DNA of 64,000 nucleotides, taken from Macrostomum lignano. Its lineage: Eukaryota. Numbering within the stretch: position 1 is the stretch's first letter; each line of letters begins with the position of its first letter. This document shows positions 53,277 to 64,000 of the stretch, piece by piece. Location: the NCBI GenBank assembly GCA_002269645.1, contig NIVC01000593.1:119454-183453 (forward strand), written 5' to 3'. The notes under the pieces are model-generated. The model was not told the DNA's origin, did not search any database, and saw only the letters and a list, made by a program, of their open reading frames with translations. The position numbers and the translations under genes were made by a program.

Positions 53277-55306
53277 TAAAATAACTCATGACTCTCGACT
53301 CAGGTAAGATTAATTTGGGTTCAGATAAGATGAATTACGAATATAAAATAATTGCATGTACAAATAGATACCTACAATATTTTTCGCGTATGTCAATAGT
53401 ATTCTTTTACACTTTTCGCTTTTTGCACAAACATAATTGTTCTGCGTAATATTTTTTCTCAATATTCTACGAAGCATTTCTGTTTTTAAAAAGATCCATG
53501 AGGAAATATTGTAACAGGCTATAACAAAAACGTATAATCTACTAAACAGGCAGTTGCTTCGTTTCGGAATAAATTATTTTTAATGTAATCATTTAATGAA
53601 TAAAAGAGATGAATTGTCAATTAATTCTCCAGGTATTACGGTCTATGTACAAGTATGATGATGCATGTTCTTATCGGGGCGCCACAAGATGGCGCAAAAC
53701 TTTTAAAGGACACGATAAAGTGTTCACGATGTTCCCTGGCAAAGAAAACTCTGGCTAAAATACTAGAGCGTGTATTTTTCTAATTATTGTTGAGTGCTCT
53801 TCAGTATCTCGGATTCACGTGGTCTATTGTATTGGCATTTGTGAGCATACAGTTACTTTACGTACATGTACCATGTACTCATACGCATGTATATGTAGAT
53901 GTATACGTACATGTATACGCTTATTGTAGAACATAATGAGGCATGAGCAATAATAATGAAAAATGCATTTTATTCTGCCATGTACGATTTATAACTGGGA
54001 GTTGTGTATTCATCCACAGCAATAGTATTCGCAGTAAAATGTTTATACGTTAGATTTGATTTATATTTTATAAAGCAACATCAAATTAGAACACGCAGAT
54101 TTTGTATTATTTTACAAAGCTATATTGTGCACTCACGGTGCCGCCACATAAGAATTAACTTCGTTTATAAAAACACGTAAATGTTTATAAACAGAGCAAG
54201 CAGATGCCACACAAAAATCTGGATGAAATTGGTTAGAAAAAAAGAACAATGAAGAAATAAAGAAATACCTGCTTTGAGTTCTAAGCCTTAAGACTGGTCT
54301 AGTCATAAGCAAAGAAAACTTTACATAGCCGAGATAGTCGTAGGAGTTTCTACCGATCCAAACTGAATAAGGAAATTTTCTGAAACTGTCACCTGGATTT
54401 CTGAATTCTTTGTCTGTGCTAGGTAAATTGTATTATACTTAATTAATTAGCGAAAAGTGAATACGTAGTGATTTATTCAATTTTAACTGCAGGGAAACAC
54501 ATGTCACAAATTTTGTACTTTTAGAAGCTTATACCTTTAAAATCCAGACAAAGCATGTATTGTATTGTTTTCAATAGGACATTAGTTTTAATGGATAGGG
54601 GTAATTATAGTACGCAATGTTATGCAATTGAAACGCAAACTATGTGCCACTGAGATCAATTACTCATATGCATATCGAACTATGTACTTATAGTGAAGTA
54701 TAATTTCCATAGCGAAACAATTACACAGAATTTCCTGCAAACTAACTAAATCCGTGCATTAATTTGTGCAGTGCGGGACAAGCTAGATGATTGGACAAAT
54801 CAAATACAGAGTAGGCAACAAAACAGATTGTTATTACAAGTAATAACAGTGCAGAAGGTTAGCAAATACACTTCAAATAAACAGTCATTTTTATTATATA
54901 CGAGTACTTACATAACTAGAGCGGGGAGTATTGTGAGCAGTTAGGTTTTTGTAACAACAGGTAGGATAATACGATATGCTGCTGCAATGCGTCACTCGCC
55001 TATACAGGATTGGGGTTATATTGCACAGGGGCCAAGCCAGTGATCTGGATTCTAGCGGGCTCAGTCTTAGAAATCTATTACACCATATTAATATAAAAAC
55101 AACGAAAGAAAAACGCTGAAAACGCAAAGATGCCAAACAAATATGAGAAGTTACAACATGAAAATGTTGTTAAACAGTTGATAATAAGAGACACACAGAT
55201 TAATCAGCCATGCTTTAATTTTCAATGAAAATCAACTATCAGACAGATAAAATTGCACCTATTATGATTGGTAATAAAATCAAGTCTACTAGATACCCAG
55301 ATCTCA

Positions 55307-58300
55307 TCAAGCCGCTGAACTCCCAGCGGCTGCCGATGCTGTCGCAACGTCATGCGCCGGTTCCGTATTGATCTCTTGAAGCTGATTCCGCGGCCGCTTC
55401 TCGCTTGGCGGTCCCGAATCTGACCAGTCCCCATCTCCAATCCCTGCGGCATCTTCCATAGCAGCTTCGGCCTCGTCTGCAGCCGCGATTCGTCGTTTCA
55501 CGGCGCTGGCAGTCTGGTCAGGATCAGGAGGCGACGTGTCTTCCTGCACAACGTCAGCTTCGTTGCTATTAGTGTCGCCGTTCGCCGTAGTCACTTCGTC
55601 GGCAGCCGAATCTATCGATGGCGACGCCGCCGAGGCCGCAAAAGATTCGGCCTCGGCGGCGGGAATTCGACGCGGCTGTTGCAGCTTTCTGGCGCATTTT
55701 TCACGCCGTTTGCGCGCCTCAAGCAGTTCAAGAATGGCTGCAGGCTTGCCGCCGCCAGTCACTGGTGGAGCAACCGACGCGGGCGCCTCCTCAGACTGCT
55801 GCTGCGCCTCTTTGTCTGATGACTCAACAGCGCCGTCGTGTCTGACACCGCCGTTATTATTGTTCTCCTCATCGTCATCATCGTCGCTCAGCACGACAAC
55901 CATATCGGGAGGCACCGCTGCTGGCCTCTCGGGTGTTGGACACGGAGCTTGGCGCTGCGCCTGAATGCTGCGACGTTGCTGCGCTTGCTGCTGCTGCTGC
56001 TGATGGCGCGACACGACCGGCCCTGCTGACTGATGAATAATAGGCTGTGCAGGAGGCGCCGGCCGAGACTGCGGAATCCGCAGACCTGGCTGGTGCACGG
56101 GTCGCGAAACGGTCGCAGCCGAAGGCCCAGTTAAATCGATCACGGATCCTCTGGTTTTGCCACTCCTGCGCTGGGCGTGCTTATCCTCCTCGGCGATAAG
56201 GCTGCGCAGTTTGCCAAGCCGTAGGAACAGGTGCATCCGGTAGGCGCTTTTAAATCGGGATACAATCTGCGACTTGTCTGCAAGAGTAGTGGCGGCAGTG
56301 AGATCCTGCATGAACCGGCTGTATTGGCGCATCATACCCTGCAATAGGGACACTGTGGCATTAAGCGCTGTGCCAATATTGCGCACGTCAACGGATTCGA
56401 TGTCGGATAGGATTGTCTCTATGCGAACATTCTGCTTGTACCACAGCTCGGTGCGCTGGGTGACACTAGCTTGGCCGGCAGCTGTTGCTGGCGCCGCTAC
56501 CTGCTGCGGCTGCTGCTGCCGCCGTTGCTGTTGCTGCATCTGTTGCAATTGCTGCAATTGCTGACGATTGTGCAGCTGCGAGCCAACCTGATTGTGCTGC
56601 TGGGTCAACTGCCGATGCGGTTGCAGAGGCTGATTACCTACAGTAGTGGACGCCGACGGCATCCTAGAAGTGACTTTTGGCACCGAACTCAAATCCAGCT
56701 GCATGCCAGCAATGGTGGCGTTGCTAGTAACGCCAACTCCGCCGCGAACGCTGCCGTAGGCGATTGCTGGAGTTGCAGCGACTAGAACTGGCAGCTGGGC
56801 TTGACGGATCGTCTGCAGCTGGGGCAGTGGCAGAGGCTGCAGCTGCAGTGGCGCCGAGTTAGGAGGAGCAGGTGCGGCAACCGTTTTCTTTGCTTGGGCC
56901 ACTTTCTGCTTCTCAGAGCGTTTGCTTGCCTCCTGAAAGCGTTAAAGCAAATCGGATTAGTTAGTATAGTATTTAATTGAAAGGAAATCATTGCAGAGCT
57001 CTATATGTTTCCCCCCTCTCTTCCCTTCCCAGTCCCTCTCTTTCGGGTCTCCGACTCTCCGTCTCTCCCTTCCTGTTTGCCTCCTATCTAGTCCAACCTT
57101 TCCATCTAGTCTAACCCTTTCCGTCTCCATCTAGTCTAGCCCATCCTGTCTCCATCTAGTCTAACCCTTCCTGTCTCTATCTATTCTAACCCTTCCTGTC
57201 TCCATCTATTCTAACCCTTCCTGTCTCCATCTATTCTAACCCTTCCTGTCTCTATCTAGTCTAACCCTTCCTGTCTCCATCTAGTCTAGCTTATCCTGTC
57301 TCCATCTAGTCTAACCCTCCCTGTCTCTATCTATTCTAACCCTTCCTGTCTCCATCTATTCTAACCCTTCCTGTCTCTATCTAGTCTAACCCATCCTGTC
57401 TCCATCTAGTCTAACCCTTCCTGTCTCTATCTATTCTAACCCTTCCTGTCTCCATCTAGTCTAGCTTATCCTGTATCCATCTAGTCTAACCCTCCCTGTC
57501 TCTATCTATTCTAACCCTTCCTGTCTCCATCTAGTCTAACCCTTCCTGTCTCTATCTATTCTAACCCATCCTGTCTCCATCTAGTCTAACCCTTCCTGTC
57601 TCTATCTATTCTAACCCTTCCTGTCTCCATCTAGTCTAACCCTTCCTGTCTCTATCTATTCTAACCCTTCCTGTCTCCATCTAGTCTAACCCTTCCTGTC
57701 TCTATCTAGTCTAGCCCATCCTGTCTCCATCTAGTCTAGCCCATCCTGTCTCCATCTAGTCTAGCCCATCCTGTCTCCATCTAGTCTAGCCCATCCTGTC
57801 TCTATCTAGTCTAGCCCATCCTGTCTCCATCTAGTCTAGCCCATCCTGTCTCCATCTAGTCTAACCCTTCCTGTCTCCATCTAGTCTAACCCTCCCTGTC
57901 TCTATCTATTCTAACCCTTCCTGTCTCCATCTATTCTAACCCTTCCTGTCTCTATCTAGTCTAACCCTTCCTGTCTCCATCTAGTCTAACCCTTCCTGTC
58001 TCCATCTAGTCTAACCCTTCCTGTCTCTATCTAGTCTAACCCTTCCTGTCTCCATCTAGTCTAACCCTTCCTGTCTCTATCTATTCTAACCCTTCCTGTC
58101 TCCATCTAGTCTAACCCTTCCTGTCTCTATCTAGTCTAGCCCATCCTGTCTCCATCTAGTCTAGCCCATCGGCCATCCTGTCTCCATCTAGTCTAACCCT
58201 TCCTGTCTCTATCTAGTCTAACCCTTCCTGTCTCCATCTAGTCTAACCCTTCCTGTCTCTATCTAGTCTAGCCCATCCTGTCTCCATCTAGTCTAGCCCT

Positions 58301-61300
58301 TCCTGTCTCCATCTAGTCTAGCCCATCCTGTCTCCATCTAGTCTAGCCCATCCTGTCTCCATCTAGTCTAACCCATCCTGTCTCCATCTAGTCTAACCCT
58401 TCCTGTCTCCATCTAGTCTAACCCTCCCTGTCTCTATCTATTCTAACCCTTCCTGTCTCCATCTATTCTAACCCTTCCTGTCTCTATCTAGTCTAACCCT
58501 TCCTGTCTCCATCTAGTCTAACCCTTCCTGTCTCCATCTAGTCTAACCCTTCCTGTCTCTATCTAGTCTAACCCTTCCTGTCTCCATCTAGTCTAGCCCA
58601 TCCTGTCTCCATCTAGTCTAGCCCATCCTGTCTCCATCTAGTCTAACCCTTCCTGTCTCCATCTAGTCTAACCCTTCCTGTCTCTATCTATTCTAACCCT
58701 TCCTGTCTCCATCTATTCTAACCCTTCCTGTCTCCATCTATTCTAACCCTTCCTGTCTCTATCTAGTCTAACCCTTCCTGTCTCCATCTAGTCTAGCTTA
58801 TCCTGTCTCCATCTAGTCTAACCCTCCCTGTCTCTATCTAGTCTAGCCCATCCTGTCTCCATCTAGTCTAGCCCATCCTGTCTCCATCTAGTCTAGCCCA
58901 TCCTGTCTCCATCTAGTCTAACCCTTCCTGTCTCTATCTATTCTAACCCTTCCTGTCTCCATCTATTCTAACCCTTCCTGTCTCCATCTATTCTAACCCT
59001 TCCTGTCTCTATCTAGTCTAACCCTTCCTGTCTCCATCTAGTCTAGCTTATCCTGTCTCCATCTAGTCTAACCCTCCCTGTCTCTATCTATTCTAACCCT
59101 TCCTGTCTCCATCTATTCTAACCCTTCCTGTCTCTATCTAGTCTAACCCATCCTGTCTCCATCTAGTCTAACCCTTCCTGTCTCTATCTATTCTAACCCC
59201 TCCTGTCTCCATCTAGTCTAGCTTATCCTGTATCCATCTAGTCTAACCCTCCCTGTCTCTATCTATTCTAACCCTTCCTGTCTCCATCTAGTCTAACCCT
59301 TCCTGTCTCTATCTATTCTAACCCATCCTGTCTCCATCTAGTCTAACCCTTCCTGTCTCTATCTATTCTAACCCTTCCTGTCTCCATCTAGTCTAACCCT
59401 TCCTGTCTCTATCTATTCTAACCCTTCCTGTCTCCATCTAGTCTAACCCTTCCTGTCTCTATCTAGTCTAGCCCATCCTGTCTCCATCTAGTCTAGCCCA
59501 TCCTGTCTCCATCTAGTCTAGCCCATCCTGTCTCCATCTAGTCTAGCCCATCCTGTCTCTATCTAGTCTAGCCCATCCTGTCTCCATCTAGTCTAGCCCA
59601 TCCTGTCTCCATCTAGTCTAACCCTTCCTGTCTCCATCTAGTCTAACCCTCCCTGTCTCTATCTATTCTAACCCTTCCTGTCTCCATCTATTCTAACCCT
59701 TCCTGTCTCTATCTAGTCTAACCCTTCCTGTCTCCATCTAGTCTAACCCTTCCTGTCTCCATCTAGTCTAACCCTTCCTGTCTCTATCTAGTCTAACCCT
59801 TCCTGTCTCCATCTAGTCTAACCCTTCCTGTCTCTATCTATTCTAACCCTTCCTGTCTCCATCTAGTCTAACCCTTCCTGTCTCTATCTAGTCTAGCCCA
59901 TCCTGTCTCCATCTAGTCTAGCCCATCGGCCATCCTGTCTCCATCTAGTCTAACCCTTCCTGTCTCTATCTAGTCTAACCCTTCCTGTCTCCATCTAGTC
60001 TAACCCTTCCTGTCTCTATCTAGTCTAGCCCATCCTGTCTCCATCTAGTCTAGCCCTTCCTGTCTCCATCTAGTCTAGCCCATCCTGTCTCCATCTAGTC
60101 TAGCCCATCCTGTCTCCATCTAGTCTAACCCATCCTGTCTCCATCTAGTCTAACCCTTCCTGTCTCCATCTAGTCTAACCCTCCCTGTCTCTATCTATTC
60201 TAACCCTTCCTGTCTCCATCTATTCTAACCCTTCCTGTCTCTATCTAGTCTAACCCTTCCTGTCTCCATCTAGTCTAACCCTTCCTGTCTCCATCTAGTC
60301 TAACCCTTCCTGTCTCTATCTAGTCTAACCCTTCCTGTCTCCATCTAGTCTAGCCCATCCTGTCTCCATCTAGTCTAGCCCATCCTGTCTCCATCTAGTC
60401 TAACCCTTCCTGTCTCCATCTAGTCTAACCCTTCCTGTCTCTATCTATTCTAACCCTTCCTGTCTCCATCTATTCTAACCCTTCCTGTCTCCATCTATTC
60501 TAACCCTTCCTGTCTCTATCTAGTCTAACCCTTCCTGTCTCCATCTAGTCTAGCTTATCCTGTCTCCATCTAGTCTAACCCTCCCTGTCTCTATCTAGTC
60601 TAGCCCATCCTGTCTCCATCTAGTCTAGCCCATCCTGTCTCCATCTAGTCTAGCCCATCCTGTCTCCATCTAGTCTAGCCCATCCTGTCTCTATCTAGTC
60701 TAGCCCATCCTGTCTCCATCTAGTCTAGCCCATCCTGTCTCCATCTAGTCTAACCCTTCCTGTCTCTATCTATTCTAACCCTTCCTGTCTCCATCTATTC
60801 TAACCCTTCCTGTCTCCATCTATTCTAACCCTTCCTGTCTCTATCTAGTCTAACCCTTCCTGTCTCCATCTAGTCTAGCTTATCCTGTCTCCATCTAGTC
60901 TAACCCTCCCTGTCTCTATCTATTCTAACCCTTCCTGTCTCCATCTATTCTAACCCTTCCTGTCTCTATCTAGTCTAACCCATCCTGTCTCCATCTAGTC
61001 TAACCCTTCCTGTCTCTATCTATTCTAACCCTTCCTGTCTCCATCTAGTCTAGCTTATCCTGTATCCATCTAGTCTAACCCTCCCTGTCTCTATCTATTC
61101 TAACCCTTCCTGTCTCCATCTAGTCTAACCCTTCCTGTCTCTATCTATTCTAACCCATCCTGTCTCCATCTAGTCTAACCCTTCCTGTCTCTATCTATTC
61201 TAACCCTTCCTGTCTCCATCTAGTCTAACCCTTCCTGTCTCTATCTATTCTAACCCTTCCTGTCTCCATCTAGTCTAACCCTTCCTGTCTCTATCTAGTC

Positions 61301-63981
61301 TAGCCCATCCTGTCTCCATCTAGTCTAGCCCATCCTGTCTCCATCTAGTCTAGCCCATCCTGTCTCCATCTAGTCTAGCCCATCCTGTCTCTATCTAGTC
61401 TAGCCCATCCTGTCTCCATCTAGTCTAGCCCATCCTGTCTCCATCTAGTCTAACCCTTCCTGTCTCCATCTAGTCTAACCCTCCCTGTCTCTATCTATTC
61501 TAACCCTTCCTGTCTCCATCTATTCTAACCCTTCCTGTCTCTATCTAGTCTAACCCTTCCTGTCTCCATCTAGTCTAACCCTTCCTGTCTCCATCTAGTC
61601 TAACCCTTCCTGTCTCTATCTAGTCTAACCCTTCCTGTCTCCATCTAGTCTAACCCTTCCTGTCTCTATCTATTCTAACCCTTCCTGTCTCCATCTAGTC
61701 TAACCCTTCCTGTCTCTATCTAGTCTAGCCCATCCTGTCTCCATCTAGTCTAGCCCATCGGCCATCCTGTCTCCATCTAGTCTAACCCTTCCTGTCTCTA
61801 TCTAGTCTAACCCTTCCTGTCTCCATCTAGTCTAACCCTTCCTGTCTCTATCTAGTCTAGCCCATCCTGTCTCCATCTAGTCTAGCCCTTCCTGTCTCCA
61901 TCTAGTCTAGCCCATCCTGTCTCCATCTAGTCTAGCCCATCCTGTCTCCATCTAGTCTAACCCATCCTGTCTCCATCTAGTCTAACCCTTCCTGTCTCCA
62001 TCTAGTCTAACCCTCCCTGTCTCTATCTATTCTAACCCTTCCTGTCTCCATCTATTCTAACCCTTCCTGTCTCTATCTAGTCTAACCCTTCCTGTCTCCA
62101 TCTAGTCTAACCCTTCCTGTCTCCATCTAGTCTAACCCTTCCTGTCTCTATCTAGTCTAACCCTTCCTGTCTCCATCTAGTCTAGCCCATCCTGTCTCCA
62201 TCTAGTCTAGCCCATCCTGTCTCCATCTAGTCTAACCCTTCCTGTCTCCATCTAGTCTAACCCTTCCTGTCTCTATCTATTCTAACCCTTCCTGTCTCCA
62301 TCTAGTCTAACCCTTCCTGTCTCTATCTAGTCTAACCCTTCCTGTCTCCATCTAGTCTAACCCTTCCTGTCTCCATCTAGTCTAACCCTTCCTGTCTCTA
62401 TTTAGTCTAACCCTTCCTGTCTCCATCTAGTCTAACCCTTCCTGTCTCTATCTATTCTAACCCTTCCTGTCTCCATCTAGTCTAACCCTTCCTGTCTCTA
62501 TCTATTCTAACCCTTCCTGTCTCCATCTAGTCTAACCCTTCCTGTCTCTATCTAGTCTAGCCCATCCTGTCTCCATCTAGTCTAGCCCATCGGCCATCCT
62601 GTCTCCATCTAGTCTAACCCTTCCTGTCTCTATCTAGTCTAACCCTTCCTGTCTCCATCTAGTCTAACCCTTCCTGTCTCTATCTAGTCTAGCCCATCCT
62701 GTCTCCATCTAGTCTAGCCCTTCCTGTCTCCATCTAGTCTAGCCCATCCTGTCTCCATCTAGTCTAGCCCATCCTGTCTCCATCTAGTCTAACCCATCCT
62801 GTCTCCATCTAGTCTAACCCTTCCTGTCTCCATCTAGTCTAACCCTCCCTGTCTCTATCTATTCTAACCCTTCCTGTCTCCATCTATTCTAACCCTTCCT
62901 GTCTCTATCTAGTCTAACCCTTCCTGTCTCCATCTAGTCTAACCCTTCCTGTCTCCATCTAGTCTAACCCTTCCTGTCTCTATCTAGTCTAACCCTTCCT
63001 GTCTCCATCTAGTCTAGCCCATCCTGTCTCCATCTAGTCTAGCCCATCCTGTCTCCATCTAGTCTAACCCTTCCTGTTTCCCTCCCATCTAGTCTAGACT
63101 TCCTGTCTTTGCCTTCCCATTCCTGTCTCCCTCATACGACTACGAGCCTTTCTATTCCTGTCTACTCGCTGACCTCCCCTTGCCCCCCTCTTTTGTCCCC
63201 AAGCTTCTAGAAAAAAAACAACGTACCAGAAAGTGCTCTTTAACAGTTTTAATAACAACAACGGCTTCCTCCTGTAGGTGCCGTAGTGAGCTCTGATCGC
63301 AGGCGTAGCAAAGCCAAACAGACTCGTCCGGCAAGCTTTCAATATCCTGCAGAGCGCTGCGACCAAGATTGCGTTTAATACAAGTGCGACAGAATGAATG
63401 CTCGCAATTGTCGCAGCAGATTAATGAGCCGCCTTCGCCGCACCAGCGACACTGATTCTCTTTGCCCTGCTCGTCCGAGTCGAAGTGGCCAGACGCGTAG
63501 AATTTATAGCATTTCTGGCACACCAACACTTTTAGTAGCGGATGCACCTGAATGAAGATGGAAAAACAAACTTTTGACTTTTGAGTAGTATTCACTAAGT
63601 AGTAGATAACAGTTTTAAAGTGAAAAAAATTTATTGCACACTTACATCCATAGTGCCATTGTAAGGATTGACTTTCTTTCCACAAGCGGTGCACTTAACG
63701 GTGTCGTAAATTCCTGGCGCGGCGCATCGAGCACCGGACGAGGCCTGATCGAAGCAGGCAACTTGGCTATTGCCAGTCTCAGCAACGGCTTCCGGTTGCA
63801 CAACCACAGTGCCGTCCTCCAATTGCTGCTGGCCTTGACCATTAATTATAGTAGTAGTCAGAGTAGGCGTTTGGGGCTGCGACAGTGGCTCAGGCAACTG
63901 AGGCGCAACTAACGTTGCCTCAGTATTGTCTTCCTCCTCACTGTTTGCCACGCGCCGAATCGCGCACTGCTTGGTTCGCAT
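55307..63981 (-). CDS. ATRX-like ADD-domain protein lacking the SNF2 helicase (dADD1-like architecture)
   Basis: Exons 63646-63981, 63227-63547 and 55307-56932 are all phase 0 (about 760 aa). The ADD domain reads VKCTACGKKVNPYNGTMD|VHPLLKVLVCQKC...NQCRWCGEGGSLICCDNCEHSFCRTCIKRNLG...WLCYAC and aligns with the ATRX GATA-like + PHD fingers. The ORF ends in TGA TGA at 55307. The 5' end may extend beyond the window. Confidence 0.85.
57085..63075. repeat. 6-kb 25-bp satellite (CCATCTAGTCTAACCCTTCCTGTCT) with kb-scale higher-order repeat, intron 2 of the ADD gene
   Basis: About 240 units. Marker variants recur at spacings of 1757, 1832 and 832 bp. Confidence 0.97.
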
Positions 63982-64000
63982 AATTAATTATTAACTACTT

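Overview
This is eukaryotic (animal) genomic DNA with GC-rich exons and GT-AG introns, most of which carry their own tandem repeat. The style resembles the free-living flatworm Macrostomum; that assignment is inference. I built the gene models by hand from splice sites and reading-frame phase. Five genes plus one nested ORF are supported. (1) A beta-heavy spectrin (karst/sma-1 type: CH-CH, spectrin repeats, SH3) lies on the minus strand from 19219 and runs off the left edge. (2) A complete 11-exon WDR35/IFT121 lies on the plus strand (22217-30134, about 1178 aa). (3) A small, unrecognised Cys-rich single-pass membrane protein gene lies on the minus strand (about 33552-35686). (4) A complete 5-exon tankyrase lies on the minus strand (38357-51695, about 1357 aa). 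(5) An intronless 340-aa orphan ORF with an MGxxxS N-terminus is nested antisense in tankyrase intron 1. (6) An ATRX-type ADD-domain gene (55307-63981) stops without any SNF2 helicase domain, so it looks like a split ATRX; its second intron holds a 6-kb satellite with higher-order structure. Mobile DNA includes two copies of a hAT-type MITE with 8-bp TSDs, a third derivative whose internal repeat has expanded into a minisatellite, a tRNA/CORE-type SINE, a 143-bp-arm foldback element and a probable Helitron 3' end. Most long ORFs in the supplied track are translations of tandem repeats or antisense shadows. No rRNA, functional tRNA or CRISPR array was found.
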